A stretch of 64,000 nucleotides of DNA from Actinomycetes bacterium (GTDB taxonomy: Bacteria > Actinomycetota > Actinomycetes > Prado026): assembly GCA_038210415.1 (NCBI GenBank), contig JBBQWS010000001.1:11200-75199 (forward strand), in the 5' to 3' direction. A program made the translations under genes and the position numbers. Shown here piece after piece: positions 23,881-32,752 of this stretch (positions are counted from its first letter, which is position 1; each line of letters opens with the position of its first letter). The notes under the pieces are model-generated. The model saw only the letters and a program-made list of their open reading frames with translations. It was not told where the DNA came from and did no database searches.

Positions 23881-24990
23881 ATGACCATGCCCGACCTGAT
23901 CGCGCTGAAGCCCACCGGTTCGCCGCTCGCGGACGCGGACCGTTTGGCGCAGGTGGCGAACCCCGGCTTCGGCCGCTTCTTCACCGATCACATGGTCAGC
24001 ATCGGGTGGGATGCAGGCCGCGGCTGGCACGACGCCGAGCTGGTGCCGTACGCCCCGGTGTCGCTCGACCCGGCCACCATGGTGCTGCACTACGGCCAGT
24101 CGATCTTCGAGGGGCTCAAGGCGTACGTCCAGCCCGACGGTTCGATCGCCACGTTCCGACCGACCGAGAACGCGCGCCGGTTCCAGCGGTCGGCGCGCCG
24201 CATGGCCATGCCCGAGCTGCCCGAGGAGCTGTTCCTCGCCTCGATCGAGGCCTTGGTCTCGCAGGACCGCGCCTGGGTGCCTGGCGAGCCGGAGCACAGC
24301 CTCTACCTGCGGCCGTTCATGTTCTCGACCGAGGTCGGGCTCGGCGTCCGACCGGCGGCCTCGTACCTCTACCTGCTGATCGCCGGGCCGGCCGGCGCGT
24401 ACTTCCCCCGAGGCCTCAAGCCGGTCACCGTGTGGCTGTCGACCGAGTACACCCGGGCGGCGCCGGGCGGTACGGGCGCGGCCAAGTTTGCCGGAAACTA
24501 CGCGGCCTCGCTGATCGCGCAGGCGCAGGCCGCCGAGCAGGGCTGCGACCAGGTGGTGTGGCTCGACGCCGTCGAGCACCGCTGGGTGGAGGAGATGGGC
24601 GGTATGAACCTCTGCTTCGTCTACGGCTCGGGCGACTCCGCCCGCATCGTCACCCCCGAGCTCACCGGCACGCTGCTGCCCGGCGTCACCCGTGACTCGC
24701 TGCTCACCCTGGCCGCTGACCTCGGCTACGGCGCCGAGGAGGGGCGGATCTCCACCGACGCCTGGCGTGAGGGCAATGCCTCGGGCGAGATCACCGAGGT
24801 GTTCGCCTGCGGCACGGCTGCCGTGATCACGCCGGTCGGTGCCGTGAAGTCTGCGGAGCGCTCCTGGACGGTCGGCGACGGCGGTACGGGGCCTGTCACG
24901 GCTCGGCTGCGGGCGGCCCTGCTCGACATCCAGACCGGACACGGAGCCGACCCACACGGTTGGCGACATCGTTTGGTCGCCGGGCGGTAG
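23881..24990 (+). CDS. ilvE: Branched-chain amino acid aminotransferase
   Basis: 369 aa of the actinobacterial long-form BCAT pattern (FTDHM, EGLKAY, GTGAAKxxGNY, GGMN). Confidence 0.9.
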   Translation: MTMPDLIALKPTGSPLADADRLAQVANPGFGRFFTDHMVSIGWDAGRGWHDAELVPYAPVSLDPATMVLHYGQSIFEGLKAYVQPDGSIATFRPTENARRFQRSARRMAMPELPEELFLASIEALVSQDRAWVPGEPEHSLYLRPFMFSTEVGLGVRPAASYLYLLIAGPAGAYFPRGLKPVTVWLSTEYTRAAPGGTGAAKFAGNYAASLIAQAQAAEQGCDQVVWLDAVEHRWVEEMGGMNLCFVYGSGDSARIVTPELTGTLLPGVTRDSLLTLAADLGYGAEEGRISTDAWREGNASGEITEVFACGTAAVITPVGAVKSAERSWTVGDGGTGPVTARLRAALLDIQTGHGADPHGWRHRLVAGR

Positions 24991-25086
24991 CGCTTCGCGG
25001 CGTGATGGGTCTCACGTCTCGAACGGCGAATTCGGTTGGCTTGTCCCCGCGGAGGGATGAGACGATCGGGGCTCACCGTACGAGAC

Positions 25087-25120
25087 AGATCCGCGCCCTT
25101 GGGTGCGGGTCTTCTTCGTG
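25087..25120 (+). terminator. Intrinsic terminator candidate after ilvE
   Basis: agatccgcgccc (25087-98) pairs with gggtgcgggtct (25101-12) allowing G-U pairs. Followed by the T-rich run tcttcgtgt. Confidence 0.55.
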
Positions 25121-25151
25121 TGGCCCACCTGATCCAGAAGAGGTACCTCGC

Positions 25152-25799
25152 GTGTCCGCGCGTCTGTTCGGCCTGTCCACCATCGACCTGCTCGGTCTGC
25201 TGAGCGTGATCCTCGCTGCCTGGTTCGCCCTGCCGCAGCTGCTCCGGCTGCGGAGCACCGGTAGCGCGGCGGGTGTCAGCGTCGACTCGCTGGCCAACAG
25301 CCTGATCAGTCTCGTCGGCTGGACCGCGTACGGCATCGGACACACCAAGCCCTGGGTCATCGTCGCGTCCGCGGTGGGCATCCCGGCGACCGCGGCGACC
25401 CTCGTCCTCGCGATGCGGCTGGGGAACCGCATGTCGCTGACGGCCCCGGGCAGCTGGGCGACCTTGCTGGTGCTGACGGCGATCGTCGACCAGGTGTTCG
25501 GGCTTGCGCTGATCGACGTCGTGCTCGGCTGCTCGATCCTGTGGTTCGTCGCGCCGGCGGCGACCACGGCATGGCGTTCCCCGGACGTTTCCGGCCTGTC
25601 CCCGCAGACGTGGGTCGTGCTCGCGCTCGAGGCGTCGGTGTTCGGTGTCTACGGCCTCGGCGCGCACGTCTTCGCCGACCAGGTCTACGCGGTCACCTCG
25701 ATCTCGGGTGCCGCCCTCGTGCTCTCCCGGATCTACGTGTTCCCGCCGCGCGCGTCCGTCGTGCCCGGCGTGGACCACGACGCGCTGCCGGCGCGCTAG
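25152..25799 (+). CDS. 7-TM membrane protein with two PQ-loop-like repeats (3+1+3 arrangement)
   Basis: About 215 aa from GTG 25152. Repeat 1 is AWFALPQLLRLRSTGSAAGVSVDSL. Repeat 2 is LWFVAPAATTAWRSPDVSGLSPQTW. By eye there are seven hydrophobic segments. Confidence 0.6.
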   Translation: MSARLFGLSTIDLLGLLSVILAAWFALPQLLRLRSTGSAAGVSVDSLANSLISLVGWTAYGIGHTKPWVIVASAVGIPATAATLVLAMRLGNRMSLTAPGSWATLLVLTAIVDQVFGLALIDVVLGCSILWFVAPAATTAWRSPDVSGLSPQTWVVLALEASVFGVYGLGAHVFADQVYAVTSISGAALVLSRIYVFPPRASVVPGVDHDALPAR

Positions 25800-25949
25800 G
25801 CTGCTGTCGTGCACAGCACCGCGATCATTACCTAGCGCGCGTCGGGGCTCGTCCCCCGGCGCGCAGGCCTCCCATGTCCGTCGTGGGGGGCCTTCGTCTT
25901 TCCCAGCCCGTACCAGTAGCCCCCGCTCGGCCCAGAAGGAGCCCTTGAC

Positions 25950-27542
25950 ATGACTGCCGTGGACGACGCCTTCCACGTGTACGACACCACCTTGCGCGAC
26001 GGTGCCCAGCAGGAGGGTCTTTCGTTGTCGGTGGCGGACAAGCTGACGATCGCACGGCACCTCGACGCGATGGGGGTCGGCTTCATCGAGGGCGGCTGGC
26101 CGGGGGCGAACCCCAAGGACACCGAGTTCTTCGCCCGGGCACGTACCGAGCTCGAGCTCACCCACGCCCAGCTCACGGCGTTCGGGTCGACCCGACGGGC
26201 CGGCGCGCTGGCCGCGGACGACCCCGGAGTCGCTGCGCTGCGCGAGTCGGGTGCTCCGGTCGTCACGTTGGTGGCCAAGGCGCACGCCCGGCACGTCGAG
26301 CTGGCGCTGCGTACGACCCTTGCCGAGAACCTCGCCATGGTGAGCGACACGGTGGCCCATCTTCGGTCCGAGGGGCAGCGGGTGTTCCTCGACGCCGAGC
26401 ACTTCTTCGACGGGTACGCCGCCGACCCGGCCTACGCGCTCGAGGTCGTTCGGGTGGCAGCCGAGGCCGGTGCCGACGTCGTCGCGCTGTGCGACACCAA
26501 CGGAGGCATGTTGCCTGGCGAGCTCGCCGACGTCGTCGCCGAGGTGCTCGGGCTGTCCGGCACCCGGCTGGGGATCCACTGCCACGACGACACCGCCTGC
26601 GCGGTGGCCAACACCCTCGCCGCGGTCGATGCCGGCGTCACGCACGTGCAGGGCACCGCCAACGGGTACGGCGAGCGTTCCGGCAACGCGAACCTGTTCA
26701 GCGTCGTCGCCAACCTGCAGCTGAAGAAGGGCCGTCCGGTCGTCCCGGACTACTCGCTCCGCGACATGACCCGGATCGCGCACGCGGTGTCCGAGGTCAC
26801 CAACGTGTCGCCTAACCAGCACCAGCCGTACGTCGGGCTGTCGGCGTTCGCGCACAAGGCGGGCCTGCACGCGAGCGCGGTCAAGGTCGACCCGAACCTC
26901 TATCAGCACATCGACCCGTCGGCCGTGGGCAACGACATGCGGATGCTGGTATCCGACATGGCGGGGCGGGCCTCGATCGAGCTGAAGGGCCGCGAGCTCG
27001 GTTACGAACTCGCCGGAGACCGCGAGGGGCTGGGCCGGGTCGTCGACCGGGTCAAGCAGCTGGAGGCGCAAGGGTTCACCTTCGAGGCCGCGGACGCGTC
27101 GTTCGAGCTGCTGCTCCGCGACGAGGTCCTGGGTGGCCGGCGAAGGCACTTCACTGTCGAGTCTTGGCGCACGATCGTCGAGCAGGATGCAGAGGGGGCT
27201 GTCCGCAGCGAGGCGACGGTCAAGATCCACGCAGGGGGCGAGCGGATCGTGGCGACGGGCGAGGGCAACGGTCCGGTCAACGCACTGGACCAGGCGCTAC
27301 GGCTGGCGCTCGCGCGGACCTTCCCCGAGCTCGAGCGGCTCGAGCTGGTCGACTACAAGGTGCGCATCCTCGAAGGCAGCCAAGGGACCGGCGCAGTGAC
27401 GCGCGTGCTGATCGAGACGTCGGACGGCACGACCGAGTGGGACACCGTCGGCGTGCACGAGAATGTCATCGCGGCTTCGTGGATGGCGATCGAGGATGCG
27501 GTGGCGTACGGCCTGATCCGGGCCGGCCGCGACGCCGACTAA
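25950..27542 (+). CDS. cimA: Citramalate synthase / 2-isopropylmalate-synthase-family enzyme
   Basis: 530 aa with HVYDTTLRDGAQQEG, HCHDDTACAVANTLAAV and a C-terminal LeuA-dimer-like regulatory domain. Confidence 0.85.
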   Translation: MTAVDDAFHVYDTTLRDGAQQEGLSLSVADKLTIARHLDAMGVGFIEGGWPGANPKDTEFFARARTELELTHAQLTAFGSTRRAGALAADDPGVAALRESGAPVVTLVAKAHARHVELALRTTLAENLAMVSDTVAHLRSEGQRVFLDAEHFFDGYAADPAYALEVVRVAAEAGADVVALCDTNGGMLPGELADVVAEVLGLSGTRLGIHCHDDTACAVANTLAAVDAGVTHVQGTANGYGERSGNANLFSVVANLQLKKGRPVVPDYSLRDMTRIAHAVSEVTNVSPNQHQPYVGLSAFAHKAGLHASAVKVDPNLYQHIDPSAVGNDMRMLVSDMAGRASIELKGRELGYELAGDREGLGRVVDRVKQLEAQGFTFEAADASFELLLRDEVLGGRRRHFTVESWRTIVEQDAEGAVRSEATVKIHAGGERIVATGEGNGPVNALDQALRLALARTFPELERLELVDYKVRILEGSQGTGAVTRVLIETSDGTTEWDTVGVHENVIAASWMAIEDAVAYGLIRAGRDAD

Positions 27543-27601
27543 CCCCACGCCACCACTTCCACCCACCCCCTCACCCACCCCCTCACCCACCCACCCCCTT
27601 C

Positions 27602-27720
27602 CGCCACAAGGGTCCCTTCTCGCCACTAGACCGCGGTTTCTCGCCCCTCACGCAGCAGGGGCAGCTCGCGTGAGGGGCGCACGAGCTCGACCTAGTGGCG
27701 AGAGGGGACCCTTGTCGGCG
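27602..27720. repeat. Palindromic intergenic element, copy 2 (nested double hairpin) between convergent cimA and the next minus-strand gene
   Basis: Left arm 27602-27629 is cgccacaagggtccc-ttctc-gccactag. Right arm 27692-27720 is ctagtggc-gagag-gggacccttgtcggcg. A perfect inner 12-bp stem pairs 27642-53 with 27668-79. C-rich (27545-27601) and G-rich (27721-27745) flanks are also partly complementary. Confidence 0.85.
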
Positions 27721-28618
27721 GAAGGGGTGGGGTGAGGGGACCGGCGGAAGCGGGGGCGGCGCAGGCGGCGAGGAGGGCGGTACGGATCGGAGCGGCCCGT
27801 TCGGCGAAGGCCCGCTGCGCCGCGGCGTACTCGGCCCGGCCCTCGGCGGTCTCGACCAGCACCGGGCGGTAGCCGAGCGCCGAGAGGTCGTACGGGCTGG
27901 CCCGCATGTCGAGCGAGCGGACGTCGCGCGCCAGCAGGAACGCGTCGGCGACGAGCTCGGACGGCACGAGCGGGAGCAGCTGGTACGCCCACTTGTACAG
28001 GTCCATCGTGGCGTGCAGACAGCCCGGCTGCTCGAGGTCGGGCTGGCTGGCTCGGGTCGGTTGCAGCGCGTTCAGCGGACGGGCCGCGGGAGCGAAGAAC
28101 CGGAACGCGTCGAAGTGGCTGCACCGCACGCCGAGCTCGTCGACGACGGCTGCCGTCTGCTCGGGGCTCAGTCGCAACGGCCACGCCTCGTGCCGTACGT
28201 CGCCTTGGGCGAGCCCGTAGACCATTGCCCACTCGTGCATGCCGAAGCAGCCGAGCTGGGCGGTCCTAACGCTGGTGTTGCGCAGCAAGGTGGTGATGGC
28301 CGGGAACCGCGCGCCCAGCTTCGAGACGACCGCAGCCTCGTCCACCAGGGCCCCGCCGTCGTCCTGGTAGCCGAACCAGCCCAGCCGGCTCGCCGCGCCC
28401 GGCCCCAGGAGCCGGACACCGGCCCCGGGGTGCCACCGCAGCAGGTGGCTCGGGCGCAGCTGGTAGTAGTCGAACAGGAAGTCCTCGACCGGGTGCCGCT
28501 GCCCGCGGGACCTTCGGGCGAGGACCGGATCGACGTACGGTCGGAGTCGCGCGACGTGCGCGTCGCTGCGAGCCTGCCAATCCCGCTCGTCCAGGGTCGT
28601 GCGGACGATGGACGGCAT
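27692..28618 (-). CDS. Conserved hypothetical protein (family often auto-annotated as 3-methyladenine DNA glycosylase-like)
   Basis: 308 aa from the ATG whose complement is 28616-18 (MPSIVRTTLDERDW...HPVEDFLFDYYQLRPSHLLRWHPGAG). High third-position GC. The last ~25 codons and the stop codon lie inside the right arm of repeat copy 2. Confidence 0.6.
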   Translation of the reverse strand: MPSIVRTTLDERDWQARSDAHVARLRPYVDPVLARRSRGQRHPVEDFLFDYYQLRPSHLLRWHPGAGVRLLGPGAASRLGWFGYQDDGGALVDEAAVVSKLGARFPAITTLLRNTSVRTAQLGCFGMHEWAMVYGLAQGDVRHEAWPLRLSPEQTAAVVDELGVRCSHFDAFRFFAPAARPLNALQPTRASQPDLEQPGCLHATMDLYKWAYQLLPLVPSELVADAFLLARDVRSLDMRASPYDLSALGYRPVLVETAEGRAEYAAAQRAFAERAAPIRTALLAACAAPASAGPLTPPLPPTRVPSRH

Positions 28619-28643
28619 GGGGCAAAGGGTAACGTTGGCCCTC

Positions 28644-29426
28644 GTGCGCATCGCGAGGTTCACCGCAGCCGGCCAGACCCCCAGGTATGGCGTCCTCGAG
28701 GGCGACCCCGAGGAGCCCGACGCCACGATCACCGCGCTCGCCGGGTTCCCGCTCCCGCCGTTCGAGCTGACGAGCATCCGGATCCCACTCGCCGAGGTCC
28801 GGCTGCTGCAGCCGGTCGTACCGAGCAAGATCGTGGCCTTCGGGAAGAACTACGCCGACCATGCCGCTGAGATGGGTGGGCCGGCCCCCGACGATCCGGT
28901 GCTGTTCCTCAAGCCGTCCACGTCGGCGATCGGCCCGGACGACGAGATCAAGCTTCCGCGGCTCAGCCGCGAGGTGCACCACGAGGCCGAGCTGGCCGTC
29001 GTCATCGGCGCCGTCGTGCGCTCGGTCCCGGTCGAACGCGCTCTCGAGACGGTGCTCGGCTACACCTGCGCCAACGACGTGACCGCGCGCGACCTGCAGC
29101 GAGCTGACGGGCAGTGGGCCCGAGCCAAGGGCTTCGACACGTTCTGCCCGCTGGGTCCGTGGCTCGAGACCGACCTCGACCCCACCGACGTGCTGGTCCA
29201 GTGCCGGGTCAACGGCGACCTGCGGCAGAGCGCGAGCACCGCCGTCCTGCTGCACTCGGTCGCCGAGCTGATCGCGTTCGCGAGCGCGGCGATGACGCTT
29301 CTGCCCGGCGACGTGATCCTCACCGGTACCCCCGCGGGTGTCGGCCCGCTCGCTGCGGGCGACGAGGTCGACGTGACCATCGGCGGCATCGGCACGTTGA
29401 GCAACAGGGTGGTCAACCGTGACTAG
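28644..29426 (+). CDS. Fumarylacetoacetate hydrolase (FAH) family protein
   Basis: [20 protein letters not shown]..., [24 protein letters not shown]. Same position upstream of gltX as M. tuberculosis Rv2993c. Alternative in-frame starts at 28599, 28608 and 28617. Confidence 0.8.
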   Translation: MRIARFTAAGQTPRYGVLEGDPEEPDATITALAGFPLPPFELTSIRIPLAEVRLLQPVVPSKIVAFGKNYADHAAEMGGPAPDDPVLFLKPSTSAIGPDDEIKLPRLSREVHHEAELAVVIGAVVRSVPVERALETVLGYTCANDVTARDLQRADGQWARAKGFDTFCPLGPWLETDLDPTDVLVQCRVNGDLRQSASTAVLLHSVAELIAFASAAMTLLPGDVILTGTPAGVGPLAAGDEVDVTIGGIGTLSNRVVNRD

Positions 29427-30900
29427 CGCAACCTCGGGCTCGGGCGTACGGGTCCGGTTCTGCCCGTCACCGACCGGCAACCCGCACGTCGGCATGATCC
29501 GCACTGCCCTGTTCAACTGGGCATACGCGCGGCACACCGGCGGTACGTTCGTCTTCCGGATCGAGGACACCGACTCCGCGCGCGACACCGAGGAGAGCTA
29601 CGAGCAGCTCCTCGAGGCGCTGCGCTGGCTCGGCCTCGACTGGGACGAGGGTCCCGAGGTCGGAGGTGCGTACGGTCCGTATCGCCAGTCGGAGCGGATG
29701 GACGTGTACGCCGACGTGGCGCGCCGGCTGATTGGAGCGGGGCTCGCGTACGAGTCTTTCTCGACTCCGGAAGAGGTCTCGGCGCGCCGGGTCGCAGCCG
29801 GACAGGACCCCAAGCTCGGCTACGACAACGCCGACCGCCTGCTGACCGATGAGCAGAAGGCCGAGCTGCGGGGCGCTGGCCGGGTTCCGGTGCTGCGGCT
29901 GCGGATGCCGGAGCGCGAGTGGGCCTGGGACGACCTCGTGCGCGGCCCGATGGCGTTCGGCCACGAGCACGTGCCCGATTTCGTCATCGTGCGTGGCAAC
30001 GGCGAACCCCTCTACACCCTGGTGAACCCGGTCGACGACGCCCTGATGCGGATCACCCACGTGCTTCGCGGCGAGGACCTGCTCTCGTCGACGCCGCGGC
30101 AGATCGCGATGTACGACGCGCTCATCGCGATCGGGGTGGCCGATGAGACTCCGCGCTTCGGGCACCTGCCGTACGTCATGGGGGAGGGCAGCAAGAAGCT
30201 CTCCAAGCGGGACCCGCAGTCGTCGCTGAACCTCTACCGCGAGCGCGGGTTCGTCCCCGAGGGGCTGCTCAACTACTTGGCGCTGCTGGGCTGGTCGATG
30301 GGCGACGACGTCGAGATCTTCTCGTTGGCGGAGCTGGCCGAGCACTTCGACCTGGACCGCGTGAGCACCAACCCTGCGAGGTTCGACCTCAAGAAGTGCG
30401 AAGCGATCAACGCGGTGCACGTGCGCGCCCTCGATCCGGCCGACCTGGCCGGGCGGATCCTGCCGATGCTCCAGCAGGCCGGACTGGTCGGAGCACAGCC
30501 GTCGGCTGACCAGCTGCGGATGGTCCTGGCAGCCACCCCCCTGGTGCAGGAACGGATGACCGTGCTCGAGGAGGCGGTCGGGATGCTCGCCTTCCTGGTC
30601 GTCGCGCCGGCCGACTTCGTGCTCGACGAGACCGCGGTCGCCTCGCTCGGCGCGGACGCTGCCCAGACTGTCGCCGCCGCGCACGCAGCGCTGGTCCCGG
30701 TCGACCAGTGGACGACGCCGGCCATCGAGACCGCGCTCCGGGAAGCGTTGGTCGACGGACTCGGTCTCAAACCTAAGCTGGCGTTCACCCCGGTGCGCGT
30801 CGCCGTGACCGGGCGCAAGGTCTCGCCTCCGTTGTTCGAGTCGATGGAGCTCCTGGGTCGCGACGAGTCGCTGGCCCGGCTGGCCCGATTCCCGCGTTGA
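29419..30900 (+). CDS. gltX: Glutamyl-tRNA synthetase
   Basis: 493 aa with [13 protein letters not shown] (HIGH-type) and KLSKR (KMSKS-type). Confidence 0.95.
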   Translation: MTSATSGSGVRVRFCPSPTGNPHVGMIRTALFNWAYARHTGGTFVFRIEDTDSARDTEESYEQLLEALRWLGLDWDEGPEVGGAYGPYRQSERMDVYADVARRLIGAGLAYESFSTPEEVSARRVAAGQDPKLGYDNADRLLTDEQKAELRGAGRVPVLRLRMPEREWAWDDLVRGPMAFGHEHVPDFVIVRGNGEPLYTLVNPVDDALMRITHVLRGEDLLSSTPRQIAMYDALIAIGVADETPRFGHLPYVMGEGSKKLSKRDPQSSLNLYRERGFVPEGLLNYLALLGWSMGDDVEIFSLAELAEHFDLDRVSTNPARFDLKKCEAINAVHVRALDPADLAGRILPMLQQAGLVGAQPSADQLRMVLAATPLVQERMTVLEEAVGMLAFLVVAPADFVLDETAVASLGADAAQTVAAAHAALVPVDQWTTPAIETALREALVDGLGLKPKLAFTPVRVAVTGRKVSPPLFESMELLGRDESLARLARFPR

Positions 30901-31616
30901 CGGCTCACCGGGTGCGCGCGGTGCTGTTCGACGTCGACGACACCCTCGTCGACCATCAGTCGGCGCAACGAGCCGGCATCGAGGCGCAGATGGCCCGGCT
31001 CGGGCTGCCCGTCGACGAGCAGGTGCACCGGCGTTGGAAGTTGCTCGTCGACACGACGTTCGCCCGCTACCTCGCGGGGGAGCTCAGCTTCGTCGACCAG
31101 CGTCGCGAACGAGCCCGGGCGATGACCGGCAAGGCGCTGTCCGACGGCGATGCCGACGCCTGGGTGGCCGGCACGGTCCGCGGTTTCGAGGCGGCGCTTC
31201 GCGCGTTCGACGACGTCGCACCCGCACTCGACCGGCTGACGGACTCCGGTCTGCGGCTGGCGGCGTTCTCCAACGTCAACGGAGACTTCACCCGGCGCAA
31301 GCTGGGGTTGGTCGGCCTGCTCGACCGGTTCGAGGTCGTCCTCGGCAACGACGACGTAGGTGCGGCCAAGCCGAGCCCCGAACCGTTCCATGCGATGTGC
31401 TCGGCGCTGGAGGTGGCGGCAGGCGAGGCGGTGCACGTGGGCGACCGCTGGCTGCCCGACGTGGTGGGCGCGCGAGCCGCTGGGCTGAGTGCTGTGTGGC
31501 TGGCGCGGCCCGGTCTCGACCCGGCGGGAAGGGTGCCCGATCCGGCGCACCCGGCCGACCCGGCCGTTCCGGTGATCGTCTCCCTGACCGACCTCCCAGC
31601 ACTCCTCGGCTGCTGA
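30897..31616 (+). CDS. HAD-superfamily hydrolase
   Basis: Motif I is [14 protein letters not shown] late GDRWxPDV motif is also present. TTG start overlaps the gltX stop; an alternative GTG is at 30912. Confidence 0.75.
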   Translation: MTAHRVRAVLFDVDDTLVDHQSAQRAGIEAQMARLGLPVDEQVHRRWKLLVDTTFARYLAGELSFVDQRRERARAMTGKALSDGDADAWVAGTVRGFEAALRAFDDVAPALDRLTDSGLRLAAFSNVNGDFTRRKLGLVGLLDRFEVVLGNDDVGAAKPSPEPFHAMCSALEVAAGEAVHVGDRWLPDVVGARAAGLSAVWLARPGLDPAGRVPDPAHPADPAVPVIVSLTDLPALLGC

Positions 31617-31717
31617 TCGTGAGCCAGGCTCAAGATCAACATGGATATGCGGTGCGGGGTGCCCATCGGGTACCCTTCCGAAGGCCCTGGGCGACACTTC
31701 GTGCCCGCGGTGTCCCA

Positions 31718-31789
31718 TGGGGTATGGGGTAATTGGCAGCCCGACGGATTCTGGTTCCGTTAGTCTTGGTTCGAGTCCAGGTACCCCAG
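31718..31789 (+). tRNA. tRNA-Gln (anticodon CTG)
   Basis: Cloverleaf folded by hand. Acceptor tggggta/tacccca. Anticodon arm acgga-ttCTGgt-tccgt. T-arm cttgg-ttcgagt-ccagg. Confidence 0.9.
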
Positions 31790-31835
31790 CGCTCCACCGC
31801 AGTGCTCCACCTGCGTGCTCCACTGAAACACGCAC

Positions 31836-31908
31836 GGCCCCGTTGTGTAGCGGCCTAGCACGGCGCCCTCTCACGGCGTTAGCGCGGGTTCGAATCCCGT
31901 CGGGGCTA
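31836..31908 (+). tRNA. tRNA-Glu (anticodon CTC)
   Basis: Acceptor ggccccg/cggggct. Anticodon arm gcgcc-ctCTCac-ggcgt. T-arm gcggg-ttcgaat-cccgt. The gltX followed by tRNA-Gln and tRNA-Glu matches other actinobacteria. Confidence 0.9.
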
Positions 31909-31915
31909 CGACAGG

Positions 31916-31944
31916 AAGGCCCAGGTCACCTCGACCTGGGCCTT
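31916..31944. terminator. Bidirectional terminator hairpin between the tRNAs and the IclR-type gene
   Basis: aaggcccaggtc (31916-27) / acctc loop / gacctgggcctt (31933-44): a 12-bp perfect stem. Confidence 0.7.
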
Positions 31945-31969
31945 CGTCGTGCTCCCGTTCGGGCGGGTC

Positions 31970-32686
31970 CTAGCCGGCTCGGCGCAGCGCCTCCGTCAGC
32001 CGGTTGCCGGCGGCCACCACCGCGGCCGCGTGCAGCCGGCCGGGGGTCCGAGACAGTCGTTCCAGCGGCCCCGAGACCGAGACGCCCGCGACGACGCGGC
32101 TCGACGGTCCGCGGACGGGAGCCGACACCGAGCCGACGCCGGGCTCGCGCTCACCGACGCTCTGGGCCCAGCCGCGGCGCCGGACACCCGCCAGCATGGT
32201 GGCGGTGAAGCGCGCTCCGACGAGGCCGCGGTGCAGCCGGTCAGGCTCCTCCCAGGCGAGCAGCACCTGGGCCGCGGACCCGGCCTGCATCGACAGGACG
32301 CTGCCGATCGGCACGCTGTCGCGAAGGCCGGAGAGCCGTTCGACGGCGGCCACGCAGATGCGTTCGTCGCCCTGCCGGCGGTAGAGCTGCGTGCTCTCGC
32401 CGGTCGTCTCGTGCAGCCAGTTCAACACCGGCCCGGCTGCCGCGATGAGCCGGTCCTCGCCAGCGGCGGCCGCGAGCTCGCCGAGCCGTGGCCCGAGGAC
32501 GAAGCGGCCCTGCAGGTCGCGGGAGACGAGCCGGTGGTACTCGAGTGCGACGGCGAGCCGGTGAGCGGTCGGTCGGGCCAGGCCGGTGGCCTGGACGAGC
32601 CCGGCCAGGGTCTGCGGCCCGGGCTCGAGTGCCGAAAGGACGAGCGCGGCCTTGTCCAGGACGCCGACTCCGCTAGTGTTGTCCAT
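31970..32686 (-). CDS. IclR-family transcriptional regulator, divergent from leuCD (LtbR-like position)
   Basis: 238 aa with an N-terminal wHTH ([39 protein letters not shown]) and an IclR effector domain. Same position as Rv2989 and C. glutamicum LtbR relative to leuC. Confidence 0.85.
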   Translation of the reverse strand: MDNTSGVGVLDKAALVLSALEPGPQTLAGLVQATGLARPTAHRLAVALEYHRLVSRDLQGRFVLGPRLGELAAAAGEDRLIAAAGPVLNWLHETTGESTQLYRRQGDERICVAAVERLSGLRDSVPIGSVLSMQAGSAAQVLLAWEEPDRLHRGLVGARFTATMLAGVRRRGWAQSVGEREPGVGSVSAPVRGPSSRVVAGVSVSGPLERLSRTPGRLHAAAVVAAGNRLTEALRRAG

Positions 32687-32698
32687 GTACCGATATTA

Positions 32699-32719
32699 GC
32701 GTCTCGGCATGCGAGACGC
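32699..32719. promoter_or_regulatory. Perfect 8-5-8 palindrome in the regulator/leuC divergent intergenic region (candidate operator)
   Basis: GCGTCTCG-gcatg-CGAGACGC. It lies 13 nt from the regulator start codon and 34 nt upstream of the leuC ATG. Confidence 0.5.
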
Positions 32720-32752
32720 CAGTACCTGACCGCCGAAGCCCGGAGGGCACCC

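Noticed and set aside
24726-27230. 834-aa minus-strand ORF
   Set aside because: It runs antisense across ilvE, the membrane gene and cimA. It is a shadow frame.
31617-31717. Possible third tRNA or small RNA upstream of tRNA-Gln
   Set aside because: I could not fold a cloverleaf or a stable structure. It is probably just the tRNA promoter region, and I could not identify convincing -35/-10 boxes.
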